A DNA stretch of 63,512 nt, the filler included, from Reclinomonas americana ATCC 50394 (lineage: Eukaryota), in NCBI GenBank assembly GCA_048213135.1. It is 16 parts of 16 records of this genome, joined end to end, with 100 filler letters (N's around TTAATTAATTAA, not from the genome) between each part and the next. Parts side by side here need not be neighbours in the genome. Positions count along the whole stretch, not along the records: positions 38,348 to 42,053 come from AFZH01023390.1; positions 42,154 to 45,605 come from AFZH01023394.1; positions 45,706 to 50,938 come from AFZH01023395.1; positions 51,039 to 56,250 come from AFZH01023396.1; 12 more parts are not named here. One strand, written 5' to 3'. A program made the position numbers and the translations under genes. Below the pieces are notes generated by a model that did not search any database, was not told the origin of the DNA, and saw only the letters and a list, made by a program, of their open reading frames with translations. This document shows, one piece after another, positions 38,431-51,159 of this stretch; within the stretch, counting starts at the first letter, position 1, and each line of letters opens with the position of its first letter.

Positions 38431-40087
38431 CCGCTGATCAACCCGGCAGCTGTCATTTGTCCGGATGTACTGATCGTGGCCGCCTCCATCGTTCCACTCG
38501 TTGTCAAACTCCCGCCGGTCACAACGCCGACTGCGGTCACTGCTCCTGCAGTCACCGTTCGACTTGGCGACAGTAATCCGAAGGATTGCAACGTGTTTGT
38601 TATTGACGATATTCCTGCGCAAAATGGTCAGCAATCAAGTTCCTTGTCGTGCCACACATGCATCTATTCGTACCTGTAGTTGTCGACGCATCGGCAGTGG
38701 CGAGTGCATTTACCGTCCACGCGACAAAGTCCGTAATGGTGTTATTAGCACTTCGCAGCAAAGAGTCCATCCTGTAATCCAACACAGCACGCGTGGCTGC
38801 CACATAGTCCGTCACCATGTCGACGCGAGCCAGTGTGTCGGGCACTCGCGAATCCAGCAACTCCTGCACCATGGCTCTGTCGCGCGCCTGCTGCTCCGAC
38901 GTCAACTCAGCTGCACTCAAGTGCCACGTCTGGTTCGTCGGATTGTAAACCAGTGTCCTCAAAAAGTCCTCATTCGGAATGCTCAGCGGCTTTTGCGACA
39001 AGTGCAGGTATCCGCCAACGCCGAGCGCCGCCATCGACGTCAGCAGTGCCACCGATACCGCAATCCACAGCACAGTCAGCTGGCGCATACTCACTTGTGC
39101 TGCCGCGTGGCCAGCTGCACCGCTTGAACTGCGTAATCGCAGGTCTGCACTCGGCGGCACAATCGGCACCGACACAACCGACCCTCCCGACGCCGACGAC
39201 GATGACGACGGCGAATGTGACGCAGCCGCCGGCCGCTGTGTGTTGTACATGCGTGCGCAGTCGACGCCAACGCCAGTGTCGCCCAGTGCATCCTCGTCTA
39301 CTGGGAACACTCTCCGTGGATCGGATGTCCCGCTCGAGAACGGGACCACGGGAGTTATCTCGTCGGTACTCGTCGGCGTGTTAATGCCGCTGAGTAGCCG
39401 CGCCTGTGCAATCTTGCACACCAAAGACATTGCCCGTGGATGCCGAAGGTAGCTTGTTGAGCTCGAGGAACGGTGTACCGCCTGCATGAAATGCACATGT
39501 CTTTCAGTGACTTTCACATACTTGTGCACGTACCCACACATACACGCACACACATGCACATACGCATCACTGTTGCACACACTGCGCTGCTTACAACGCA
39601 CCATGTGGGGCTCAGTTGCCATGTTCAGATCTGGCTCGCCTCCGCCATGGTCATCGGGGAGCGGAGGAGTCGCCAGTGGACGTGGCGGCTGCGGCAGCGG
39701 TGGCAGGCGGAAGCGTTGACGCACAAGCGCACGAAGCACGCGCTCAGACACTGCACTGCGCTGGGAGGACTCCACAACGCGTGACAAATTATCAGACAAA
39801 TCTTCATCCACCGCCGCTGCCACCGCCGGCGGCGGCGGAGAGCGGTGGAACATCTGTGCCGATGATGTTGGTATGCGAGGGGGCGCGGCCATCGCCGGAG
39901 AGACGCGCGGGTGCGCTTGCACGGCGGGAGCGGGGAGGTGTTGTACATGTCGCGCGGAGAAAACCGCCTCCGCCAGCGATGGTCGCGGAGCAAATACTGG
40001 GTACTGCGCGTTGTGTGTGTGTGCATGTTGTTCTCGGTCTCTGGAGCTCATGCTGCTGCGAGACTGATCGCGAGAGTTGTTGACCAA
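35851..40087 (-). CDS. Type II membrane fibre-like protein, paralog 1: Pro-rich N-terminus, TM helix, helical stalk, ~36 visible 22-aa repeats; 3' end in gap
   Basis: TM LTVLWIAVSVALLTSMAALGVGGYL; splice ACA G|gtacga...gcgcag|GA ATA links to repeat GVISGGSVTTVGSLQSGSVSTF; N-terminal exon boundaries approximate. Confidence 0.8.
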
Positions 40088-40490
40088 TTAAGGAGCTGCA
40101 GGACGAGGGACAATAAAGTTTGGATCGAAGTTTGAGCGCCGCGACACCCTTATGCGAGAAGAGCAGACGCACCTGATCATCGACTGCGATAAGAACTGAA
40201 AGACCGAAGGCGTTCCAACCAGCATGCCCACTTGCCAGCCAACATCGCGGTCGGGTGCCAAACACTTCGCGCACCATTGTTGGGAGCATGGGGGAGATGA
40301 TGTGATGGCCTTGGTGTCGCTTGCCACCGTCAGATACGGGAGAATGCTGGAGAAATGCAGATGAGACGAAGAAAGAGAGAGAGAGAGAGAGCACGCTCGC
40401 GCAATAAACACGCAACACTGCCAACCAGGAGAACTTGGAGAAGGGCGCGACGAGCGGCACACCGTTGGGGCTGACGGTCCTCATTGCATT
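40088..40490 (-). pseudogene. MFS transporter 5' fragment (duplicate of 44590-45200)
   Basis: Shares GVPLVAPFSKFSWLA and IISPMLPTMVREVFG with the longer copy; frameshifted. Confidence 0.5.
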
Positions 40491-40686
40491 TTGTCGACTT
40501 CTAGATCTGCTGTTAGCTGCCAGCACGTATACGGATGTATCGAAAGCAAGTAAAACATGCAAGCTAGTCCAAGCGCTGATCGCCGCGGTGATCATGAATG
40601 TCAAAAGAAAACCAACGCGCTATCTAGCAGAGGAAAACAGTATACTGCGAATTCACGCCACCTCCGACGACACACCTCATACACTG

Positions 40687-43600
40687 CTAACACGCAGTCG
40701 TGATGATGTTGCCCGTCGTTGGTGTGGCAACGTTGGTGACCGTGGCGTACGCACGTCCACCGGAAGCGCTTACAGCCACACTCGACATGTCAGTGTTGAC
40801 AGGCCCATATTCAGCGAGCCACGTCTGGCCGCCGTCGTTGGAAGCGAAAATGGCCGGTACCGTCTTGGTGGTTGCCACCACACGCATGCCATCTGCACTG
40901 CAGGCCACCGACGTCCAGTTCTTCGGATCAAACATGGTTGGTGTCTGATCCCATGACACACCCGAGTCTCTGGAAAAGTAAATGTTGCTGGCGTCGATCG
41001 ATGCATAGATCTTGCTCATGTCGTAGCTGCAGGCCACCGCGGTCCAGCTCTTGTTACTACCAAACCGCGACGTCATCGTGGCGCCAAAGTTGAGAGTCGT
41101 GAAGATGCGAGATCCAGATACGACCGTGACAAACTTCTGACAGTCCACGCTGCACGCCACGTCCACGTGTGCCCTTGACGCAGACCCAGCGGGAACACTC
41201 CAGGTGGTGCCCGAGTCACTTGACACATACACATTCGACGAGCTGCCGACAGCCACCATCTTTGAGCCATCGGTGCTCATGGCAATTGCGGAATAAGGCT
41301 GATTGCCGGCGGGGTTGTTACGTGCATTCCACAACGTGCCGCTGTTCGTCGACACCCAAATGTTGCCACCGTTCACCACGGCAGCCATCACCGTGCCATC
41401 AGAATTCATGGCCACGTCCGTGTAGACGCGATTGCCGGCTGCGGTATTCGTCTGCGCCCATGTCACACCAGAGTCCAGTGACAGGTACAAGGTACCTCCC
41501 GAGACACTCGCAAGAACCTTCGTCCCGTCCTGACTCGTGGCCACTGAGGACCACAGAAGAGTACCGGCGCTGGCGCGTGGCGTCCACGTGACGGTCGGAC
41601 AGTCAGTGCGCGGTGGCGATGGCGAGGCAAGGATGGGGACCCAATTCGTTCCATCGCTCAGCACTTGAACGGCGTAGAACGATCGTACCTCGCTCTCGCT
41701 CAGTCCGCGATTCAATTGCGACGACACCGTCGATGTCACCACCACACTGAACAGACCGCCAGCAGTCTGGCCAGTGCACCCATTGACCACCATGTACGCC
41801 TTGCCAGACACACCCACCGCTGTCGGCAGTGTCACCGTAATTGTCGTGCTTGCCGTCGGGAAACAGGAAGTCGGTCGGACGAGAATCACAAAGTCAGATG
41901 AGGCAGCAGAGTAATTGGCGTTCACAGAAGTCCACACCAACGTGCTTCCTGGTGTAGACCACAGTGCCGTAGTGCCAGATGCCGTCAGCACTTGACCAAC
42001 AGTACCCACTGCCAACTCTGTGGATCGACCTGATGAGTTGCCCACAAGGAGTGNNNNNNNNNNNNNNNNNNNNNNNNNNNNNNNNNNNNNNNNNNNNTTA
42101 ATTAATTAANNNNNNNNNNNNNNNNNNNNNNNNNNNNNNNNNNNNNNNNNNNNCTGATCACACCGAATGTGCTGACTGAGCCGCTCTGCAATGAACCCAC
42201 TGTCGTCACACTGCCACCGCTGATTACACCGAATGCACTGACTGAGCCGCTCTGCAGCGAACCAACCGTCGTCACACTCCCACCGCTGATCACCCCGAAT
42301 GTGCTGACTGAGCCGCTCTGCAATGAACCAACCGTCGTCACACTGCCGCCGCTAATCACGCCGAATGTACTGACTGAGCCGCTCTGCAACGAACCCACTG
42401 TCGTCACACTGCCGCCGCTGATCACACCGAATGTGCTGACTGAGCCGCTCTGCAGCGAACCAACCGTCGTCACACTGCCGCCGCTAATCACGCCGAATGT
42501 ACTGACTGAGCCGCTCTGCAACGAACCCACTGTCGTCACACTGCCGCCGCTGATCACACCGAATGTGCTGACTGAGCCGCTCTGCAGTGTGCCCACCGTC
42601 GTCACACTGCCGCCACTGATCACACCGAATGTGCTGACTGAGCCGCTCTGCAGTGTGCCCACCGTCGTCACACTGCCGCCGCTGATCACACCAAATGTGC
42701 TGACCGAACTGCTCTCAAGCGTGCCTACTGTCGTCACGCTGCCGCCGCTGATCAACCCGGTAGCTGTCATCCTTCCGGATGTACTGATCATGGCCGCCTC
42801 CATCGTTCCACTCGTTGTCAAACTCCCGCCGGTCACAACGCCGACTGCGGTCACCGCTCCCGCAGTCACCGTTCGACTTGGCGACAGTAATCCGAAGGAC
42901 TGCAACGTGTTTGTTATTGACGATATTCCTGCGCAAAATGGTCAGCAACTAGGTTTACTCGTCGCGATATACGGGGTCACGCATACACACATGTACGTAC
43001 CTGCTGTTGTCGAGGCGTCGACACCTGCAAGTGCATTGGTTAGCGACAGGGTCCACGCGACAACATCCGTAATCGTGCTGTTTGTACGTTGCGTCAACGT
43101 ATCGATCCTATAATCCAACACAGCACGCGTGGCTGCCACATAGTCCGTCACCATGTCGACGCGAGCCAGTGTGTCGGGCACTCGCGAATCCAGTAACTCC
43201 TGTACCATGGCTCTGTCGCGCGCCTGCTGCTCCGACGTCAACTCAGCTGCACTTAAGTGCCACGTCTGGTTCGTCGGATTGTACACCAATGTCCTCAAAA
43301 AGTCCTCATTCGGAATGCTCAGCGGCTTTTGCGACAAGTACAAGTATCCGCCAACGCCGAGCGCCGCCATCGACGTCAGTAGTGCCACCGATACCGCAAT
43401 CCACAGCACAGTCAGCTGGCGCATACTCACTTGTGCTGCCGCGCGGCCAGCTGCACCGCTTGAACTGCGCAATCGCAGGTCTGCACTCGGCGGCACAATC
43501 GGCACCGACACAACCGACCCTCTCGACGCCGACGACGATGACGACGGCGAATGTGACGCAGCCGCCGGCCGCTGTGTGTTGTACATGCGTGCGCAGTTGA

Positions 43601-43934
43601 CGCCAACGCCAGTGTCGCCCAGTGCATCCTCGTCTACTGGGAACACTCTCCGTGGATCGGATGTCTCGCTCGAGAACGGCATCACGGGAGTGAGCTGCAG
43701 TGTCGTGAGGTGGCGCCGATGTCTAATTGTCTAATTTTAAAAACTTCAGCTTCTCACCTCGTCTGCATCCACGTCCGCGGGTGATTTGAAGAGCCGCGTT
43801 TGCGCAATCTTGCACACTAATGACATTGCTCGTGGATGCCGTAGAATTTCAGTTGGGTCTTGAAGTGTTGCTGTCGGATTCGGACGCCGACGATGCAATG
43901 TGCGCAAACCCTGCAACTGGCTTTTCAGCATTTT

Positions 43935-43971
<37 letters not shown>

Positions 43972-44505
43972 TACACACACACACATGCACAGACGTGTCT
44001 TTGTGACGCACACTGCGCTGATTGCAACGCACCACGTGCGGCTCAGTTGCCAAGTTCAGATCTGGCTCGCCGCCGCCATGGTCGTTGGGAAGCGGAGGAG
44101 TCGCCAATGGACGAGGCGGCTGTGGCAGCGGTGGCAGGCGGAAGCGTTGGCGCACAAGCGCACGAAGCACGCGCTCAGACACTGCACTTCGCTGGGATTC
44201 CGGAGCTCGAAAGGGCGACAAATTATCAGACAAATCTTCATCCACCGCCGCTGCCACCGCCGGCGGCGGCGGAGAGCGGTGGAACACCTGCGCCAATGAC
44301 GCTGATATGCGAGGGAGTGCGGCCACCGCCGGTGAGACGCGCGGGTGCGCTTGCGGCGCGTCGTTGGCGGCAGTGGGGCGGTGATGTCGCGCAGAGAAAA
44401 CCGCCTCCATTGGCGGCGGCAGTGGCGGCGGTGGTGGATAGTGCGCGTTGCATGGCGCAGACGGGCGAGCGTGTGCGTGTTGTTCTTGGTCTCCAGAGCT
44501 CATTG
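40687..44505 (-). CDS. Type II membrane fibre-like protein, paralog 2: TM, stalk, 22-aa repeats, tail-fibre-like linker and C-terminal BNR/Asp-box beta-propeller (40687-42053)
   Basis: Same TM and repeats as paralog 1; across gap LAVGTVGQVLT, TITVTLPTAVGVSGKAYMVVN, Asp-boxes SLDSGVTW/STNSGTLW/SSDSGTTW/SRDSGVSW/SNDGGQTW; joining across gap 42054-42153 is inferred. Confidence 0.75.
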
Positions 44506-44589
44506 TTGTCGCGAAAAAAAGACTTGTTGACCAATAGGAGTGGACATACATGCTCGCAGAAAGAAACTTCGCCACGGCCGAGACGTCGA

Positions 44590-45200
44590 CGTCGACACAC
44601 CCGCGTTATCATGGCCATGCCAAACGTGCTCGACAAGCCAAAGCACAAGGTGGTGGCCGCTGTGACGCAAAGGCCGAGGATGAGTGGCAGCTTGCGACCG
44701 TACGTATCCGACAAGTGACTGTGCATGCGGGTTCGAAGCACGAGCATGGGGTTGAGTGGACACCGAACGCACACGCACGCATAAACGCGAGAAGCATGCA
44801 CGCACCCGATCATCGACTGCGATAGAACTGAAAGACCGAAGGCGTTCCAACCAGCATGCCCACTTGCCAGCCAACATCGCGACATCGTTCGGGTGAGCCA
44901 AACACTTTGCGCACCATTGTTGGGAGCATGGGGGAGATGATGGTGATGGCCACGGCGTTGCTTGCCACCGTCAGATACGTGAGAATGCTGGAGTAATGCA
45001 GATGAGACGAAGAAAGAAAGAGAGAGAGAGAGAGAGAGCTACGCTCGCGCAATAAACACACAACGCTGCCAACCAGGAGAACTTGGAGAAGGGCGCGACG
45101 AGAGGCACACCGTCGGGGCTGACAGTCCTCATTGCATTTTGTCGACTTCTATTCTGCTCTTGCCTGTCTTGGACACTTCGTCTTCCTCTTCCAGATCCTT
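44590..45200 (-). pseudogene. Major facilitator superfamily transporter N-terminal fragment
   Basis: HLSDTYGRKLPLILGLCVTAATTLCFGLS resembles MFS motif A and following helix; frameshifts, and no C-terminal half seen. Confidence 0.6.
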
Positions 45201-45799
45201 CTCCTCTGTAGCATTGACCGGCGGGCTGTTACTCCGCCTTGCCTCATGCACTGCCGATTGTGTGTATGTGTGTGCACAAGTAATGAAGAGGAGAGCAGCG
45301 AGTGAGTGAGCAAGCAAAAGCGCATGTGAGAGAGAGATGGGATCGCAACTTCCTGCTGCCGCTTTTGGTCATTGTGCGACTCACTCACAGGCGTGCTGCT
45401 GCTGCTTCTGCTGCTGCTGTTGTGCAAGAGCAGGCGACGGTGAGCTGCCGTCCTGCTCGCACTAAACAATCATCGTATCGCAGCGAGTATCGCAGCAATG
45501 AGCGCTGGCCGTCGTTGCGTCTTCTCCTTGTTGCGTCGTCACTCTCTCGACCCACGCTCGCTTGTTTATATTTTGTCGTGTTGTGCGTTTGATGACATAG
45601 CCACGNNNNNNNNNNNNNNNNNNNNNNNNNNNNNNNNNNNNNNNNNNNNTTAATTAATTAANNNNNNNNNNNNNNNNNNNNNNNNNNNNNNNNNNNNNNN
45701 NNNNNCCGCTCGCTCCATGTACTGCTTGAACATGTCGGGCGTATCCATGGACGCTGCCGAGCCACCTATAGTCCCCAGACAAACTCAGAATCATCAATG

Positions 45800-48700
45800 T
45801 TACCACGAGAACCTGCGTCTGCTCTCACCTGCGATTCGACTCTGCGCCGATGCGGCTCGTGCCAGCGGCAAGCCCTTGGCCGTGCCTCCCGCGGCGGCGC
45901 CATCATCCCCGTCGCTTTCGCTATCACCCGACACTGGTGGTGTGGCCAATGTGGGTGCCGACGCACGCACATCCGAAGCACTGCCACTGCTAGCACTTGC
46001 ACTTCGTGGACCACCGCCGGAGCTCCCCTGCTGCGCCCAACGCGAGCGCGCCGGCGGCGGACTGTCTTCGCTCGACGAAGACTCGATCGCGGTAGCGGGG
46101 CCACTTGGTGTTGTGGTAGCCGTTGTTGTTGGTGGTGGTGTTACGGTCTTGGTCACAGCCGGTGGAGTGCTCTTGGCTGCCGCAGCGGTACCGATGCCGA
46201 ACTGCCCAAAAAGATTGTCGGCAATCGAGCCAGTCTTGCGCGGCGGTGGCGGTGAATCCTCAATCGAGTCTTCCTCCTTGTGCACGACTGCTGTAGCAGG
46301 CGGTGTCGGCGCCTTGGTCGCGACGACCGGTGACTTGTGATCGTCATCAATCGACGAGTCGACACCGGCGGCCGCAGCGGCGAGAGACGCCTCCAGTTTG
46401 CGCTGCCGCTCCTGTTCGTTCGCCAATCGGCGGGCTTCTTCTTCTTCCTCTGCCTTTCTCCTCTCTTCCGCCTCCTTCCTGGCTGCCTCAGCCGCCTGTT
46501 TCGCGAATGAGATCAACGAATTAAAAATCGAACCGGCGTGTCATCCGCACTACGCAACTCGTCGAGCCACCTCCTGCCGCCGTCGCTCCTCTTCCTCCTC
46601 TCTCTGCTTCCGCTGTTGCCGTTCCTTCTCGGCCTTTTCCTCTTGCTCGCGTTTTTGCTTCTCCTCGGCCTCTCGTTGACGTTGTTGGAAGAGAAGGTAG
46701 GCGTTGGTGGCAGGCGCAGGCGCAGTGGCAGGGGCGGGGGCGGGAGCGGGGGTGGGGGCAGGCGCTGTTGCTGGTTGCGTCTGTGCTACTTGATCGACTG
46801 GAACGGGCGGTGGTACGGAGGGCGGCGGCACTGGCGGCGTGGCAGTGGTGCTCGATGTTGGTGGTGGCACAGGTGCGGTTGGAGTGTTGACGACCTGCTC
46901 CACGGCAGGAACCGACAGCGCAGTAGCAGGAGGATCACGACGCAATGCCGGTGACGGGCTCTGTACAGCCGGTGCTTGCAGAGGCGGTGGGCGGTGCAAC
47001 TGTGGTGAGGCTACCGCTGCAGTGGCGACCACCGGCGACGCCGGCGGCGAGTGGACTCGTACGCTCTCCACTGTGTGCGTAGATCGGCGCAGTAAGCATC
47101 GTGAAGAGAGATAAAAAAATCACAGGAGAGGGAACTGGACTCACTCTGCGACACTGTGCCAACAATCGGGCTGAGATTCGGCATGCTGTGTCGTGTGTAC
47201 GGTTTTCTCAAGTCAGCACTACGGTACAGTTGCAGTCAAGCTCCGACCAAACAACTCAACAGTCGCTGCTCGGCGATAGTCACGTGCTTGTGTCCGTCGA
47301 GCAGTGTATGAGCATGCGGCGGTGGCGTATTGGGCACCGATGCGCCGGCGCCCCCCGGTGCTGCCTCGGCCGGTCGGTCTGTTGCGCGTCGTGATCCCCT
47401 TCCACCTGCCGCTTGCTCTGCTCTGGTCCTTCCCACCGGAGCCTCTGTTGCATACCGTAGTGGCGGCAACGGTGGCGACTGCGGTCGCCCATCAGTGCTA
47501 TCACCAAGTTCCAGCATGCCAGAACCATTCAAATTAAAATCTCCGTACTGTGTGCGACACTTGTGATGAGGATCGGCAAGCCAAAAGCATACACATTGTT
47601 GCGGTCAACGGACTGACGCACGTAGTCTGCCCGAGGGAAGCCACTTGCCGCCATCTGCTCAAATCCATGTAAGTGCTTCACCTCGACTCCGCAATGATGT
47701 ATGTGCGTGCTTACCATTCTCTGCTGTTGCTGCAGTAACTGTTGTTGATGCTGCTGTTGCTGCTGCGCCATGCCGGCCATCATCATTTCCGGTGCATACA
47801 TGAACGGCTGGTGCAGCTGTTGCTCGTGCCTGCAGGATGTGTAGAGTAAATTGGTGTGAGATGTTGGCATTGTGTGTGTGTGTGTGTGTGCATGAAGGTC
47901 GACATCCTCTCTCTGCGGACACACGAACCCTCCACGATGTCCGACAGCCGCCGTGGCACCACCCATGCTGGCCGTCAGGAAGGCCGCATCCGGAACGAAA
48001 AAGTTGTCTCGTTTGCTCCGTATGGCGGCCTCCAGGGCTGTGGTGCGTGAGAGAAAATCAGGTGCTATGTCTATGCTGATTGCCGAAAAGGAGCAAACCT
48101 TCTTGCGCATTGACCAAAAGAGTCCGCAGGTCTTCCACCTGACCACGCAGCGTTCGACAATTCACCTGCTCTTCCTCAAAGCAGCGCTCAAGCCGTGAAG
48201 CACGCTCCGCCTGCATCGGTGACAGTGAGAGAGCCGCATTGCGGACATCACTTGCCCAACACTGACCTCTTGCTCGAGGCGATCCTGCCACTCCACACGC
48301 TCTCGCTTGAAAGCAGCCTCGGCATGTACGACAATCGTGTTTTCATGCGCAGCCATTTTGCGCAGATCGTCAGCCAGAGCCTCCACTTCTGCTGTTCGGT
48401 GCTTCAAGTCGTCGCCGGCACGCTCCGCAATATCCTTGAGTCGTCGGTTCTGCAACTCCAGATCCTTCAGCGACGAAATGGCGGCTTCCTCTCGGAGGCG
48501 AGCATTCTCCAGCTCCCTATGTCGGCGCCAGTGTGTGTGCGTGAGTGAGTGCAAGTGAGTGAGAGTGAAATGGAGGCACAACACTGCGCAGACCGCTCCA
48601 GCCGCTTGACGACACCAGCTGGTCCCGAGTACTCTTCGCGCAGCAGTCTCTCCTTTTCCAGCTCGGCTTCGAGTCGCTTGGTTTGCTGCAAGAGCTGTGA

Positions 48701-49076
48701 ATGTGGGAGAGGAGGCTGGTATCAGTTGCAAGTGAACAAGCCAAAACACTGGAGCGTGCGACGCAACATGATCGCGGTCTCGCTCGATCTCCGAGGCCCG
48801 GGTGCGAGCCGCCAGTGCGTCTTGCTCGAGATGCTGTGCTCTGACTGCGTCCTCACGAACTGTGTCGACAGCACGTCGATCCTGCAGCAGACGCAACCGC
48901 TCCTCCTGCAGCAGCTGGTGATCGCGCTCCAGTTTTTCGATCTTGGAACGGTACTCGCGTTCCATGTTCGCTCGCATCTCGGCCAGCTCCGCGTGCAGTT
49001 GCTCACGCAGCGTCACCTTGAGTGTCTGCAGCTCCGAACACCGCTGGTCAGCCTGCCCACACAACAAATACGATTG

Positions 49077-49119
<43 letters not shown>

Positions 49120-50456
49120 CAGCGTGCCACAGATAGCGGTTGGGACGGGCAAGGACACGGTGCACCTCGTCCATGCGCCGACGCAGACGCTCTTCCTCGA
49201 GCTGAGCGCCACGAGCCAGCTGCTCTTTCAGCTTCTCCAAATCGTCCCTCTGTTCTCGCAATCGCTCCAGTTCCTCGTGCACTCGATGGCGCTGGCGGTG
49301 CAGTTGAGCTTCTGCATCACGATCACGCTCCGTCGACCTCTCCGCCGCCTCCGTCTCCAACTTGCGCAATCGCTCCAACCGCACACGGTAGTCGTCCTCC
49401 AGCTTGGCACGCGCCTCCGCCAGCTGATGACGATACTTGTTGGCTTCCTCCACTCGCATCGCTGCCACATCCTGCTCTCGGATGCGTGCGAGTTCTTGCG
49501 CCACCTGTGCGCGAGCTCTCTCGTCGCACTCACGCTGGTACGCCAACATGCGGTCCTCGAGCGTCCCCCGCCCACTCGACAGTGCCGCCGCCGCCAAATA
49601 CTCTTCATCCACTCGGCGTAGCCGCTCATCCACCAGCTCAATCGTCGACGAGGAGCCTCCTCCTGTCATGGTTTGCACGCTGGCACTGCGTGTCGAGTTA
49701 CCGCGAGTGTGGATCACCGCACTCACAATCTGCTCCAGCGCACAATCCTCGGCACTCTCCCGGTGCTGCGCATCTTCGTCGGTCATCACACTCACGACGA
49801 GACCACGCACACACAGAGACACAACTCTCAACAGGCGCTCATCGCTAATCTGCAGGATCTGCAGCGCGTCGTACGAGCTCAGCGGATGCCGCGCGCAGCC
49901 GCCCTCTGGCACAAACACCGACTCCGAGTACCTGCGATGTGTCAACGCAAAAAACACAGAGAGACAAGATCAGCCGAGACCCTCCACACTGCATCACGCG
50001 CATGTCCACGAAACGAGTAGTCACACGCTCGCAGATAGTCGGCTGCGGTGGTGGTCTCAGTAAGAAACGCACACAAGGCTTATGTAACGGAGAGAGCATG
50101 TGTATGTGCGCACCCACAAGAGCGTTGATGGCGCGTCGGCGAAGGGGAATGTCAGTGGCCGGTTCGATGGGGTTCTCTGCGAGTGCATCGCGTCAGCAGA
50201 CAACAACGCGCAAGCACATGTACACAGACACACCAGCCACTCGATTCTCCTTCAGCTGTCTCACGAGCTGGGTGCGTATGTGAGCCTGTACAACACCCCA
50301 CAATGAGCGAGCACTCGATCCTCATCGCCGCGCAGTGTCGTCTCTCACCTTCAGTGTGTCCTCGATGCCAGCACGCTTGAAACCTTCGCGCAGTCGTCGC
50401 CGCATGTCAGCTGCTGGCAACCCAGCAGAGGACGACGACGGCGGTGGCGCCGACAT
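45800..50456 (-). CDS. OFD1: OFD1-like centriole/basal-body protein (LisH plus long coiled coil, low-complexity C-terminus), multi-exon
   Basis: DMRRRLREGFKRAGIEDTLK, RAINALVGAH, YSESVFVPEGG (LisH region), VDERLRRVDEEY, LEDRMLAYQRECDERARAQVAQELARIRE..MRVEE; 3' end approximate. Confidence 0.8.
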
Positions 50457-51159
50457 GCTCTCTCTCACACAATCCCACAAAATGAAGAAGTTGGCGCCAA
50501 AAGAGAAACGGAACGTCGACTACTCTATCGAGAACGAGTACCGGCGGCTCTTTCGCAACCCGGGCAGGGCACCACAGAAGCCGGTGCAGCAGCTCGTGCG
50601 AGAATGCTTTCCAGGTCGCACAAGTCGCGACGTCGACGTCGATTTCGAATGTGTGCACAACGAAGGCGACTGTTCGCGCCACGCTGTCACCATCACCAAC
50701 AGGGATAGTATGGAAACACGTATGATGACCAGTAATGTTCTCCTCGTATCGCATCACAATGTCCTGTGAGTCGCGATCTCCGAGCTCGATACGACTTTGC
50801 AAAGGGCAAGAGCGCGCATCTCTGACCCCGCACGCCGCCTCAACATCCGACCGCCACGCAGCATGTCAGGTGCATGCGCAATGCAGCAGAAAAAGAAAAG
50901 AAAAGGATCCACTTGCACTTTGCTCACTCTTTCCGCAGNNNNNNNNNNNNNNNNNNNNNNNNNNNNNNNNNNNNNNNNNNNNTTAATTAATTAANNNNNN
51001 NNNNNNNNNNNNNNNNNNNNNNNNNNNNNNNNNNNNNNTTGATCTCTCTGAAGTTGCGACACACACACTCTCTCTCTCTCTCTCCTTAACACTCACACTC
51101 ACGCCTCCGGTTTCCTCGATATCCCTCTCACTCCCTCTCTCTCGCGCGCGTGCGCACAG

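Noticed and set aside
50335..50802. Overlapping ORFs upstream of OFD1
   Set aside because: No recognisable domain or consistent splice structure; strand cannot be decided.
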